From: Candidatus Magasanikiibacteriota bacterium
Lineage (GTDB): Bacteria > Patescibacteriota > Patescibacteriia > Magasanikbacterales > GWA2-37-8
DNA length: 64,000 nt
Assembly: GCA_017991415.1 (NCBI GenBank)
Contig: JAGOQR010000001.1
Coordinates: forward strand, 212,490 to 276,489
Direction: 5' to 3'
Shown here: positions 1 through 9,888 of the stretch, one piece after another
How positions within the stretch are numbered: position 1 is the stretch's first letter
Layout: each line of letters starts with the position of its first letter
Translations under genes and position numbers: made by a program
The notes under the pieces: generated by a model
Database searches by the model: none
What the model was told of the DNA's origin: nothing
The model's input: the letters and a program-made list of their open reading frames with translations, nothing else

Positions 1-65
1 ACTTTTATATGTTTTTATAATATGCTCAATTTCAATCATACAATTTTTGGTGAATCAAACGTGGC

Positions 66-1886
66 CTATCTTGCTTGAGTTCGAAATGTTGCATTTCCTC
101 CACCAGTACGAGCGCCGCCGATATTACCAAGAATACTTGGTGCCTGCGTCGTTGTTTTAGAATTAGCAGCGCTTATCGTTCGCACTACCACCATATCGCC
201 TTCTACAAGACCGGACACAATTTCTGTTTGAGTATCATTAGACAAGCCAGCCTCTACTATCTGCTGACCAGGCGAAACAGCCGAAACAACACCCTGACTA
301 CTCTGCCCAGCACTTTGCTGAACTTCCAAAGACATTTGAGACTTATCAAACATCTCAACATAACTTATAGTCCCCTGACTTTTAACTGCACCACTCGCTA
401 CAAGCAGAACATCCTGCTTAAGTTGCGTAACGATAACTGCACTCACACTCATGCCCGACTTCACCCTATCGTCTTGTGTATCAAAAAGAATTTTTACATT
501 ATAAGTAACTACCCCCTGAGAAACAGTGCCAATACTATCTATCTCCGCTACCTGACCTGCAATACTTAAAGCATCAATTGCATCAAAGGTAAGTGTTACT
601 TTTTGACCAACAGCAACTTTGGAAACATCTACCTCGTTTAATGAAATCTCAGCAGTGTGTTGCTTGGTCGCCAGTGTAAGCAAAGCTCCTCCCGAAGAAA
701 TAGAGTCACCCTTTTTGAGCGTAATTTTTGCCACCACCCCAGCAAATGGTGCACGAATATAGTGGTCCGAAAGGGTCTGGTTCGCTGCAACAAGCGCATC
801 TTGCTTTTGTTGAATAGCTATCTTTTTGGCACGGATATCTAGCTCGTCTGCTGGATTCTTTATTTTAATAAGTGATAGTTCTTTTTCTTCAATACTTCTT
901 TGTGCGCTTATGATAGATTTTTTTGAACTTTCAATAGATTGCTCAATGGCAAGTAGGCTAGATAGATGATTATTTGTCGTACCTGTATAGGAATTAAGAC
1001 TAGAAAGATGAGTATTAGACAGCGAATTTGGTTTTAAATTATGTTCGGTAAGATTATCTTGGTAGAACTGAATTAAATTATTTGCACTTTTTACTGCCTC
1101 GGCAATTAATTTTGTTGTGTCATATGTTTGAGAAATTGCTGCTTCAATAGTTTCGACCGAAGAAAATCGGGTGATTATTTTATAATCTTGAAAATTTTTA
1201 TCATAGGCAATGCGAGCCTTTTCATATGCCGCACTCGCGTTATCTCTATACTCCAAAGCATGGTCATCATAAGCAGTCACTGCACCAGCGTAAAAATCAA
1301 TATTAGATTGGCTAGCATTAAACGAATTGGCAAATAAAATATCCTGAATACCCGTCATAACGGTAGGCAAAGCCAAAAAAGCATTCGAAACTGAATTAAA
1401 GCCATCTTCGTACGATTTTTTAATATCATCTTCTGCTTTTTGTTTTGATTCTTTTGCTTGTATCAAAGAATTTTCTGCTTGCAACACCGTGAGCCCGTCG
1501 GTTGGCTCAAGCACTTTATCCAATTCTAGCTTGGCTGTTTCGAGTGCTGTCTGCGCATCTCGCACAGATCGAACAGCATCTCTCGCATCAACCACTGCTA
1601 AAAGCGCCCCTGCTCTAACTTCCTGACCTTGTTTAACAGAGATAGATGTAAGCTCGCCACTCGCTTTTGCTTTTACATCAACCTGACTCACCGCCGAAAT
1701 TTGGCCACTACCAGAAATAGAAGTAATAAGCGTACCTTTGGTGACTGCAGCTAAAACATAACTAGTAGCTGATTTATCATTCTTAAAATGCTTATAGGCA
1801 AAATTTCCGCCTACACCGATAATACAAATAGCAATAAGCGTGTATGCCTTATGCATTTTTATGAAACCTACAATATTTTTTAACAT
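66..1886 (-). CDS. HlyD-family membrane-fusion / efflux periplasmic adaptor protein (MacA-like)
   Basis: 606 aa with an N-terminal TM segment, long coiled-coil alpha-hairpin region and C-terminal beta-barrel/lipoyl-like segments typical of HlyD/MFP adaptors. Gly-rich C-terminal tail. A partner pump gene is likely beyond the window start. Confidence 0.65.
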   Translation of the reverse strand: MLKNIVGFIKMHKAYTLIAICIIGVGGNFAYKHFKNDKSATSYVLAAVTKGTLITSISGSGQISAVSQVDVKAKASGELTSISVKQGQEVRAGALLAVVDARDAVRSVRDAQTALETAKLELDKVLEPTDGLTVLQAENSLIQAKESKQKAEDDIKKSYEDGFNSVSNAFLALPTVMTGIQDILFANSFNASQSNIDFYAGAVTAYDDHALEYRDNASAAYEKARIAYDKNFQDYKIITRFSSVETIEAAISQTYDTTKLIAEAVKSANNLIQFYQDNLTEHNLKPNSLSNTHLSSLNSYTGTTNNHLSSLLAIEQSIESSKKSIISAQRSIEEKELSLIKIKNPADELDIRAKKIAIQQKQDALVAANQTLSDHYIRAPFAGVVAKITLKKGDSISSGGALLTLATKQHTAEISLNEVDVSKVAVGQKVTLTFDAIDALSIAGQVAEIDSIGTVSQGVVTYNVKILFDTQDDRVKSGMSVSAVIVTQLKQDVLLVASGAVKSQGTISYVEMFDKSQMSLEVQQSAGQSSQGVVSAVSPGQQIVEAGLSNDTQTEIVSGLVEGDMVVVRTISAANSKTTTQAPSILGNIGGARTGGGNATFRTQAR

Positions 1887-1894
1887 ACAGAAAA

Positions 1895-2368
1895 TTATAA
1901 TTTAGATTTTGGCGGAAGCGGCGGCATTAAGCGGATAAGTCTCGCTTCAATTTGCCCTGTACTACTTGGCACTCCTAAAACCACAACTTGCTCATCAACA
2001 TGCACGTCGTTAACCGCTACAGTATCCTGCCATCTACGAATTAGAGTTTTATCACTAATTAAAATACTTTTTTCTACTCCGTCGTCACCTTTAATAATAA
2101 GGGTGCTCGTATCAATTTTAATTACCGAACCCGTAGCGCTATTTGCATCCATAAAACCACGCCCTCTAAAATCACGCGGTAATCGACGAGCACCTCCTTC
2201 AAAAAGGTTATGATAATTTTCTCCCCACTGATAATTAAACCCTGCCTTACGAAAACCAACCATCATGCCACACCAAAATATAAACAAACCAATAATTAGT
2301 GCGCCAAAAATAATAAGCCCTGTTTTTATTATTCTTGCCCCCATTATTTGTTTTGTTTCCTCTGACAT
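1895..2368 (-). CDS. hypothetical membrane-anchored protein (N-terminal TM, extracytoplasmic domain)
   Basis: 157 aa with a single N-terminal hydrophobic helix. Sits between HlyD and the anti-sigma/ECF pair. Confidence 0.35.
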   Translation of the reverse strand: MSEETKQIMGARIIKTGLIIFGALIIGLFIFWCGMMVGFRKAGFNYQWGENYHNLFEGGARRLPRDFRGRGFMDANSATGSVIKIDTSTLIIKGDDGVEKSILISDKTLIRRWQDTVAVNDVHVDEQVVVLGVPSSTGQIEARLIRLMPPLPPKSKL

Positions 2369-2390
2369 ATTTGATAAATTTAAAAAATTA

Positions 2391-2828
2391 TTAACGAACT
2401 CGTATACGTAAAATTGTCTTCATCTGAACATAGGTACGTATCGTCATCCATAAAAGCGCACTTGTTGCCCATATAAAAACAGCTATTAAGATCATCGAGA
2501 TGAGCGGCAAAGATTCCAGAAGTGACAAAACATACTCTCTCCAATATTCTACAATAACTGAAAAATCACTAAATAATAGGGATAGTAGCTGGGCCGCTTC
2601 TGACTGAGCAATACTAGGCCATTCCACTCGCAAAATAAGTACTGAACCTACACTTGAACAGATAGAAAAAAGGCTAAATATACCGAGCCGCACAAAAGCA
2701 TAAAAACGTCTTTTTTTAGCAATAACAGACATAATTTGAGCACTCAAAAAAGGCGGGGGTATAACTGCAGACCTCTCGGCAATTGCTTCTTGTATGGCTT
2801 TTTCAAAAAAAGTTGATATTTTATCCAT
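2391..2828 (-). CDS. putative membrane anti-sigma factor
   Basis: 145 aa, directly downstream of the ECF sigma gene. Short cytoplasmic N-terminus followed by TM helices. Call is positional. Confidence 0.35.
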   Translation of the reverse strand: MDKISTFFEKAIQEAIAERSAVIPPPFLSAQIMSVIAKKRRFYAFVRLGIFSLFSICSSVGSVLILRVEWPSIAQSEAAQLLSLLFSDFSVIVEYWREYVLSLLESLPLISMILIAVFIWATSALLWMTIRTYVQMKTILRIRVR

Positions 2829-2868
2829 ATAATTCTATTACGTATTTTATGTATAGTATGGTGCAATC

Positions 2869-3456
2869 TTATCCTAACAAATAGCCCTCTTCGCCGAGCA
2901 ACTTCCTAATCCGTATCAAAGCTCGACGATGCTTGCTTTTTACCGTATCTATTGACTCGGATAAAATTTCAGCTATTTCTGGCAGAGAAAACCCCTCTAG
3001 ATAATAAAGCTTCAAGACTACCGCATAAATTTTTGGCAACGAATCTACAATACGCAAAATAGCTTCTTTATTTTCTAAAGAAGCAACAACATCGAAAGGT
3101 AGTGGTTTTGGATCAACAAAAAAATTATCTGTATTTTCACCTTCTTCATCGTGCAGATTTTCTACAGATAAAAAAATTTTACGTTGCCGCAAATAATCAA
3201 TGGCGGTATTTTTTGCGATACGATACAGCCAAGGTTTAAACTTTTTAGTCTTATCGAATTTTTTTAAACTTTTCCAAACCTTAATAAAAGTTTCTTGACT
3301 TACATCCTCTGCTTCGGTGCCATACCCTACAAACTGAGCCACAAAATTATAAATCGCCGTCAAATATCTTTGCACCAAAATATCAAGTGATGATTCTTTT
3401 CCAGAAAGATATAAAGACACCAACTGCTCATCCGACTCTGCATACACATCAGACAT
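2869..3456 (-). CDS. RNA polymerase ECF-type sigma-70 factor (sigma-24 family)
   Basis: 195 aa. Region 2 (DVSQETFIKVWKSLKKF) and region 4 HTH (SLPEIAEILSESIDTVKSKHRRA) are recognisable. Confidence 0.85.
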   Translation of the reverse strand: MSDVYAESDEQLVSLYLSGKESSLDILVQRYLTAIYNFVAQFVGYGTEAEDVSQETFIKVWKSLKKFDKTKKFKPWLYRIAKNTAIDYLRQRKIFLSVENLHDEEGENTDNFFVDPKPLPFDVVASLENKEAILRIVDSLPKIYAVVLKLYYLEGFSLPEIAEILSESIDTVKSKHRRALIRIRKLLGEEGYLLG

Positions 3457-3495
3457 AGAGACAATTAAGTTAGTAATGTCTAAAATTGATATTAC

Positions 3496-4020
3496 TTAGG
3501 TGTTACCTAAATTCTTACTGAGAACAGTAAAATCTTTACCCCACCAATGTTTTTTAAGAAGACCTTCCTGGGTATACCCCAAGCTTTTATAAAATTCAGG
3601 GGCCACCTCGGTAGTAAGCGTTATCTTGTGGCAGCCAAGACTAGCTAGCTCTGATTCAACTTTTTTTAATAAATTAGAACCGATTTTCTGTTTACGATAA
3701 TCACTTAAAACAAAAAGCCAATGAACTATGCCAATACTGGCATTATGACTGGCAATAATAAGACCTACGCACTTCCCACCAACTTTTGCTACAAAAATAG
3801 TTCTTTGCTTTCGTAAACGAGCAAAGAATAAACGACGCAAAGAGTTTTTCTTGATAATTCTTTTTTTTACCTGATCATTATAAAAAGAAAAGTCCGTAGT
3901 AACTGCCTGATCAAACAAAAATGGCAAAGAAAAAATATCCGTAATAGATGGCTTGCAAATGATTTGTTCGAGGGTATCTGACATAACTATAAGCAAAAAT
4001 TTTCCCGACTGGTTAGTCAA
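3496..4020 (-). CDS. GNAT-family N-acetyltransferase
   Basis: 174 aa with an acetyl-CoA binding-like segment (RKQKIGSNLLKKVESELASLGCHKITL). Confidence 0.65.
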   Translation of the reverse strand: MTNQSGKFLLIVMSDTLEQIICKPSITDIFSLPFLFDQAVTTDFSFYNDQVKKRIIKKNSLRRLFFARLRKQRTIFVAKVGGKCVGLIIASHNASIGIVHWLFVLSDYRKQKIGSNLLKKVESELASLGCHKITLTTEVAPEFYKSLGYTQEGLLKKHWWGKDFTVLSKNLGNT

Positions 4021-4026
4021 GATAGA

Positions 4027-5544
4027 TTAAACAAAGCCTGGGAAAAAATCGGTTTTAACCTGTCTTTTTGGCACTCCCATTTTTTGCAACATGTCTGTAA
4101 ATGTTGTTACCATGGCATGTGTGCCTGATATGTAAAATGTTCTTTCTTTATAATCTGACACAATTTTACTAATCATATCACTATCAATAAAACAATTCTC
4201 CCCTGTCCAATCTGCGGGGCACGGCTGATCGGTAACGGTATATATAGTCTTAATACCAAGCTCTTTTTCTGCCTGATCAAAAATGTCTTTATAAGCTATA
4301 TCACTCGGCGCTCTATTGGAATAAATCATAACAATATCTCTTTTTTCTTTTTTATCAAGCAAATACTTGATCATACTTCTAAAAGGAGTAATACCAATAC
4401 CGCCTGCCAAAAAAACTAACTTTGTATTTTTATTTTGAGGCATAGTAAAATCTCCTGCCAGCTGAGAAGCAACGATGGTATCACCTGGATTTAAAAACAT
4501 CATGGACTGTTTAAAGCTGCTCGAATTTGGATAAAATTTGATTCCTGCCATAATACCGTCTTCGGTAGGAGAAGATGCGATAGTAAAATAACGACGCATA
4601 CCGCGGATATCCTGAGATTCATGACCTAAAGTCCATTCAAGATATTGTCCTGGAACAAATGATAGTTTTTTTTCTGATTTAAACCAAAAATCATATACAC
4701 TGGTCGCCGATAAAATTTTTTCTTTAAGCTGTAAAACCAATTTTAATTTAGGGCTCACTACATACGAAAATACATTGCCTACAACAAGTGCTAATTCTGG
4801 AGTAAAATAAAAAGATCCAATGTGAACAGCGGGGTTAAATAATAAACCTACAAGCACACCATACATAATTCGCAAATTTCTCGTTGGTGGCGTGGTTGCA
4901 GGTTCGGTAAGCATAGCAAAACCAAAAAACAAAACTGGGGAGTAGAGTAATATCTTCCATAATACTGTTAAGGCGGCTGTACCGTTTAGCGCTCCGATAA
5001 GCACGGTAGAAATAAGCGCAGCTGCAAAAAAACTAAGTACCAAATCAAATCTTCTAATTTTTCTTACTACGAGCAATCCTCCTAAGAAAACAAACGGAAC
5101 CAAATAAACACTGCTAACCCACCAATTAGCAGACCGTCCAAGCGTAAGCATTGTGAGCGTAACAGCAAAAGCAGCGGGATTAAACAGGTGTTTTTTATTT
5201 ATAGCAAAAATATATTTCGAAGCCATTGCCCACACAGCCACCCATGCCAAAAACGGCAAATATTCTGTGGATCGCATCGGAGCCACAATAAGAATTAAGA
5301 AAAATGCTGTAGCATAAACTGATTCGATATTTGTTGGTGCACCAAAAACTCGAGCAAAAATAGCATTGACTACCAGACAGATAGCCAAAATAAAGACCGC
5401 GGAAGTAACCATTTCGACAGGAGTGTATGCTAGTACATTAAAAAAACTCAATACAAAACCAGCAAACCAAAGGCCTGATACATAATATAGTATCAATCGG
5501 TACATGGTAATTTGATTAAGCCACTTATCAATAAAGCTAAACAT
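4027..5544 (-). CDS. polytopic membrane protein fused to a C-terminal FNR-like FAD/NAD(P)-binding oxidoreductase domain
   Basis: 505 aa. About 8-10 TM helices N-terminally. C-terminal RRYFTIAS (RxYS FAD motif) and GGIGITPF (NAD-binding Gly motif). Only two His in the TM region, so not a classic bis-heme ferric-reductase domain. Confidence 0.6.
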   Translation of the reverse strand: MFSFIDKWLNQITMYRLILYYVSGLWFAGFVLSFFNVLAYTPVEMVTSAVFILAICLVVNAIFARVFGAPTNIESVYATAFFLILIVAPMRSTEYLPFLAWVAVWAMASKYIFAINKKHLFNPAAFAVTLTMLTLGRSANWWVSSVYLVPFVFLGGLLVVRKIRRFDLVLSFFAAALISTVLIGALNGTAALTVLWKILLYSPVLFFGFAMLTEPATTPPTRNLRIMYGVLVGLLFNPAVHIGSFYFTPELALVVGNVFSYVVSPKLKLVLQLKEKILSATSVYDFWFKSEKKLSFVPGQYLEWTLGHESQDIRGMRRYFTIASSPTEDGIMAGIKFYPNSSSFKQSMMFLNPGDTIVASQLAGDFTMPQNKNTKLVFLAGGIGITPFRSMIKYLLDKKEKRDIVMIYSNRAPSDIAYKDIFDQAEKELGIKTIYTVTDQPCPADWTGENCFIDSDMISKIVSDYKERTFYISGTHAMVTTFTDMLQKMGVPKRQVKTDFFPGFV

Positions 5545-5587
5545 ACAATTTATTTAATGGACCGCGCGCAATCCACGAATTAATTTA

Positions 5588-6331
5588 TTAAATTACATAG
5601 TTATTAAAGCCACTAGTCATGGTAGCGATACCATCTCTGCCTATCATATACCCTTCTAAACCTGGATAGGTTTCGATAAAACTAATACCTTTTCTTCCCA
5701 TTGCAAAAGCGGCGGTAGCAAATCGATCGGCTTCATACACATTTGACCCAATTACTGTAATACTAACGACATCGAGCAAATTATTTTTTCTATCATGTGG
5801 GTTATAAATATGCTGGCCTCTTATATATGTCCCCGATGTGGCCATACCCATATTATTAAGATAGATCGTTTTTACCACTTCTTTTGCATTAAAGGGATTA
5901 CGAATTCCTACTCGCCAATTTTCATTTTGATTATTTCGGCCACTTGCTTCTATATCGCCCCCTGCTTCTATATAAAAATTTTCAAATTTTTTATTTTTTA
6001 AAATACACGCAGCCCCATAAATAGCCCACCCTTTTACCAAACCAGACGGATCGTAACTACCATCGACACGCTGTATATCAAAGTATCCATTGGTTATCTT
6101 TTTTGTTTCTTCTGACAATCTCAAAACTGTTTTCATGTCAACGCTATACTGCTCTTCTATGATTTCTTTTTTATTTATTCTACTTATTTCACTATCAGTC
6201 TTATAGGTACTAAAAGTATTATCGATATAAGTAAAATAATCAAAAACTTCTTTTATATCTCCGGGGCCAACAGCACCATCTAGAACTGTTACTGTAATTG
6301 GCATTCCCATAAGATCTCTCGTTTCAAACAT
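5588..6331 (-). CDS. apbE: ApbE-family FAD:protein FMN transferase (flavin transferase)
   Basis: 247 aa carrying ApbE signatures (MGMATSGTYIRGQHIYNPHD; AGGDIEA). Confidence 0.8.
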   Translation of the reverse strand: MFETRDLMGMPITVTVLDGAVGPGDIKEVFDYFTYIDNTFSTYKTDSEISRINKKEIIEEQYSVDMKTVLRLSEETKKITNGYFDIQRVDGSYDPSGLVKGWAIYGAACILKNKKFENFYIEAGGDIEASGRNNQNENWRVGIRNPFNAKEVVKTIYLNNMGMATSGTYIRGQHIYNPHDRKNNLLDVVSITVIGSNVYEADRFATAAFAMGRKGISFIETYPGLEGYMIGRDGIATMTSGFNNYVI

Positions 6332-6332
6332 G

Positions 6333-6851
6333 TTATAACTTAGCTTTAACTAAGGCCGAAGCCAAAGACTCTTTAAATGCCTTACTTGTTTCGGTGGCTC
6401 CAGAGACAATGTCTACCTCAGCGCTTTGAGCAGTAATAGCCTCTGTGCGCAGTATCGGTGTAGCCAAGCCACTAATCTCTATAGAAGTACTTCGATCTCT
6501 TGGGTAATCTAAAAACTGTACATCTACCAGCTGTCCGTTTTTTACAACCGCAACTACTTCTACTCGCCCATAATATGCGTCAACGCTCACACCATTATAT
6601 TCTCCATCTCGATATTTTGCGACCATGCCTGTCTCCGTACCTATGTCAGAATTTTGAATATCAGTACTTGGCGTTTGTACCGTAGCGTAGCTACCAAAAC
6701 CTAAGCGCTGATAAGCAACATAGAAAATAAAAGCTGCAATTGTAAAAACAGAAATTAATATTTTTTTCATACGACACGCTATAGGCAAATTAAATAATAT
6801 ACCCTCCAATTTTATCCGTACTATTCTAACATCTCCTCTCAAACTCTTCAA
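6333..6851 (-). CDS. FMN-binding domain protein (flavinylation substrate, membrane-anchored)
   Basis: 172 aa with an N-terminal TM anchor. C-terminal FMN_bind domain carries the flavinylation motif D-I-V-S-G-A-T. The stop abuts the apbE start. Confidence 0.7.
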   Translation of the reverse strand: MKSLRGDVRIVRIKLEGILFNLPIACRMKKILISVFTIAAFIFYVAYQRLGFGSYATVQTPSTDIQNSDIGTETGMVAKYRDGEYNGVSVDAYYGRVEVVAVVKNGQLVDVQFLDYPRDRSTSIEISGLATPILRTEAITAQSAEVDIVSGATETSKAFKESLASALVKAKL

Positions 6852-6959
6852 CCATACTCATAAACGGCTTGTGGATGGGGATAAGAGGCTTTGACAAAAG
6901 AAAGGGAGCCTACTACAATACGTAGTATATTTTATTCGAATTATTAAGGTTTTGCAAGC

Positions 6960-7526
6960 ATGTTTAAAAACAAATTCATCCTACTTAGCTTTATTGCTTT
7001 TGCATTTTTGGTTTTTGCACCACCTACCCAAGCTCACGAACTCAAAAGTAGCGGCTCTATTCGCGCACTCCTCCACATAAACCCGGATGACGACCCTGTC
7101 GCTGGACAGCCATCTGAAATATTGTTTTTAATTACCGATAAAGCAAAAAAATTTAATACCGCAGACTGCGCCTGCGAAGCCTCGGTTGTAGAAAACGGTC
7201 AAATTGTTTTTTCTTCTGCACTCTATAAAGCAAACAGCTCATACCGAGGAATTTTTGCTCCTGCCATCCCCTATACGTTTCCCCACAAAGGTATCTATAC
7301 CATAATCCTCACAGGAAAACCAAAAAACCCCGACAATTTTGAAAGCTTTTCTATATCATACGACGTTCGCATAGAAAAGGATGCAGCTACCCCAAAAGAA
7401 TCACCGTTTAAAAATATAGTCTACTACGCAGTCATACTCTGCATTTTGGCTGGAATGCTTTATTTTGTAAAACTATTTTTTACAAAAAATGATACACACT
7501 ACTCTATCGATAATTTAGAAAAATAA
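6960..7526 (+). CDS. CopC-like copper-binding protein (secreted, C-terminal TM anchor)
   Basis: 188 aa with a signal peptide ending ...PTQA|HELKSSGS. The mature N-terminal His followed by ELKSS resembles the CopC His-brace start (HPKLVSS). C-terminal hydrophobic helix. Confidence 0.4.
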   Translation: MFKNKFILLSFIAFAFLVFAPPTQAHELKSSGSIRALLHINPDDDPVAGQPSEILFLITDKAKKFNTADCACEASVVENGQIVFSSALYKANSSYRGIFAPAIPYTFPHKGIYTIILTGKPKNPDNFESFSISYDVRIEKDAATPKESPFKNIVYYAVILCILAGMLYFVKLFFTKNDTHYSIDNLEK

Positions 7527-7555
7527 TTTTTTATTAATTAATCTCATACGATACT

Positions 7556-8185
7556 ATGAATAAAAAAAAATTATTGCTTGGAGCTCTTGTCGCTTCTTTA
7601 TTTATTACTAACCAAGTTTTTGCTCATGCAACGGTCAAACCAGCAACCACAGGTGTCGGTAAATTTCAAAACTTCGTACTAGGCGCACCATCGGAAAAAC
7701 CCATTGCTACAGTTGGCATTCGCCTTGTTTTACCAGATGGCTTAAATCATGTAACGCCCAATGTAAAAGCTGGCTGGAAAATAACTACAAAAAAAGAAAC
7801 TATTAATAATGAACAAAAAATTACGGAGATCATCTGGACAGGCGGCACTATCCCCACAGAAATGCGCGACGAATTTCTCTTTAGCGCCCAAGTACCAAGC
7901 AAAGCCACAGCCCTTAACTGGAAGGTATACCAAACCTACGCAGACGGCAGTGTAGTTGCTTGGGATAAAGACCCAAGTCTATCACACTCAGATACTATGG
8001 AAGAGGAACAAGAAAACACAGGTCCTTATTCAAAAACAGAGGTGATCGATGACTTAATTGCCACGACAACCAACAATTCTCTAATCGAAACATCCGAAAA
8101 CAAAGAAGCCCGGATCGCAGTATGGCTCAGTGCCGCAGCAGTACTGATAGCCTTAGTTACATTTAAAAAGGCAGCTAAAAAATAA
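7556..8185 (+). CDS. YcnI-like (DUF1775) copper-binding protein
   Basis: 209 aa with a signal peptide ending ...QVFA|HATVKPA. YcnI domains start with a mature His followed by V/T-V-x-P. C-terminal TM anchor. Confidence 0.5.
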   Translation: MNKKKLLLGALVASLFITNQVFAHATVKPATTGVGKFQNFVLGAPSEKPIATVGIRLVLPDGLNHVTPNVKAGWKITTKKETINNEQKITEIIWTGGTIPTEMRDEFLFSAQVPSKATALNWKVYQTYADGSVVAWDKDPSLSHSDTMEEEQENTGPYSKTEVIDDLIATTTNNSLIETSENKEARIAVWLSAAAVLIALVTFKKAAKK

Positions 8186-8225
8186 ATCTGAATCAAAAAT
8201 AAAATTGACCATACTCAGGTCAATT

Positions 8226-9398
8226 TTATTTTTGTTGCACCGCAATTTTTTGACGAGAATAAACCCATGCTGCCAAACACGTTGTGATTGGCACAGCCAA
8301 CACAAGTGTAGCACTACCAACTAGAGTACGCACGATTTCTTCGGCAATAAAGGCGCTATTTATGGTCATTAAAAACGGCTGGGTTTTTTGACTACTATAC
8401 AACAATAGCAATGGCAAAGAAACTCCTACATAGGCCAAGACAAGCGTATTAACAAGAGAAGCGATATGTTCTCGCCCGACAGAAATACCACGTATATACA
8501 ATTCCTTAAACCCCAAGCTACTGTTTGCCAAAGAAATTTCTTCGACAGCAGCGGTTTGACTGGTCGTTACATCATCTAAAACACCTAAGACACCAATTAT
8601 AATTCCTCCGAGAAGAAGTCCGCGCAAATCAATATGTGCGCTGCTAAATTGCAAATAAAATACTTCCTCTGCACCACTTCCTGACAACTTGGCAATACTT
8701 ACAAAAATAATATTTATAACAATTGCGAGCCCAAGAGAAATAGCACTCGCTCCCACAGCTACACTTGTCCGTTTACTAAAGCCGTGTGAAATATACAATG
8801 ATGTAAATAAAATTGCCAAAGATCCGATAATGCAAACTAAAAATGGATTACTGCCATGTATAATACGAGGAATAATAAAATAAAAAACTACCAACACACT
8901 AAAAATTAAGCCGATGATAGAGGTGAGTCCACGTCTACGGCCAAAATAAATGGCTAGGCCAAAAAAAACAACGGTGATAAAAGCCAAATTATGCACCCTA
9001 TATTTATCAGTGATATAGTAGATTTCTCGGCCACCTGGCAAATCTGGAGTTTTTGCAACAAACACCTTTTCTCCCACTGCTACCATCTGACTTTCTGCAA
9101 CCACAAAACTACCTCCATGATCTATGGTAATATGTTTACCTTTTTCATTTCCATTTAAAATTTCTAACTCTAATTTTTGATATTTCAAAACTTGCCCTTC
9201 CTCAACTTCTTTTTCACCTGTTTCAATAATAGCAACTACCTTTGCACGATAATAACTATCAGATAAATCAACTGTGGTTGGGGTGTTTATTATACTCTCC
9301 TCTGGCAATGCCTGAGCGGCAACCATAGAAGCCGTACCCAAAACAAATACTGCAGCGATTGCAATAAAAAAAGTTAGATAAATAGCGTGTTTAGACAT
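8226..9398 (-). CDS. YibE/F-family polytopic membrane protein
   Basis: 390 aa. N-terminal extracytoplasmic segment followed by about 8 TM helices rich in G/I/L/V, as in YibE/F-like proteins. Confidence 0.45.
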   Translation of the reverse strand: MSKHAIYLTFFIAIAAVFVLGTASMVAAQALPEESIINTPTTVDLSDSYYRAKVVAIIETGEKEVEEGQVLKYQKLELEILNGNEKGKHITIDHGGSFVVAESQMVAVGEKVFVAKTPDLPGGREIYYITDKYRVHNLAFITVVFFGLAIYFGRRRGLTSIIGLIFSVLVVFYFIIPRIIHGSNPFLVCIIGSLAILFTSLYISHGFSKRTSVAVGASAISLGLAIVINIIFVSIAKLSGSGAEEVFYLQFSSAHIDLRGLLLGGIIIGVLGVLDDVTTSQTAAVEEISLANSSLGFKELYIRGISVGREHIASLVNTLVLAYVGVSLPLLLLYSSQKTQPFLMTINSAFIAEEIVRTLVGSATLVLAVPITTCLAAWVYSRQKIAVQQK

Positions 9399-9433
9399 GT
9401 TTGTATTATACCAACTTTATAAAAACTATACCT

Positions 9434-9865
9434 TTATTTTTTTGCACAAACACTACAAACGCCAAAAAACTCCAATGAGTGTTCGGTGAGCTTGGCAAAA
9501 CCAACTGAAGATAAAAAACTGTTGTTAATAATTTGCACAGCACACTTAGAAATATCTTTTATTTTACCACAACTACTACAAATAATATGGTGATGATGAT
9601 TTTTTTCAACCAGCTCGTAGTACGCTTGGCGGTCCTTTAAACGTATTTGTTTTAAAACCCCCAACTCTGCCAGAGCTTCCACATTTCTATATAACGTAAC
9701 CTTGTCTGCTTTTTTGTCTTTGAGCAACACAAAGATATCACTCACACTCAGTGGTTTTTTTGCATGCTTTAAAATATCCATCAACTTAAGGCGTGCGCCA
9801 GTGGATTTAAGCTTGCCTTTTTTAAGAATAGCAGCTGACTGCTCGTAATGCTCTTCACATTTCAT
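9434..9865 (-). CDS. zur: Fur-family metalloregulator, probably Zur
   Basis: 143 aa with a winged-helix N-terminus. His-rich HHHHIICSSCGK and a C-terminal CxxC pair. Divergent from znuABC. Confidence 0.7.
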   Translation of the reverse strand: MKCEEHYEQSAAILKKGKLKSTGARLKLMDILKHAKKPLSVSDIFVLLKDKKADKVTLYRNVEALAELGVLKQIRLKDRQAYYELVEKNHHHHIICSSCGKIKDISKCAVQIINNSFLSSVGFAKLTEHSLEFFGVCSVCAKK

Positions 9866-9888
9866 AGTGTGCCTATATTACCATAAAT

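Noticed and set aside
75-1337. Plus-strand ORFs 75-569, 657-842 and 1128-1337, antisense to the HlyD gene
   Set aside because: They are fully contained within a well-supported 606-aa gene on the opposite strand and have low-complexity, Cys/Arg-rich translations typical of antisense frames.
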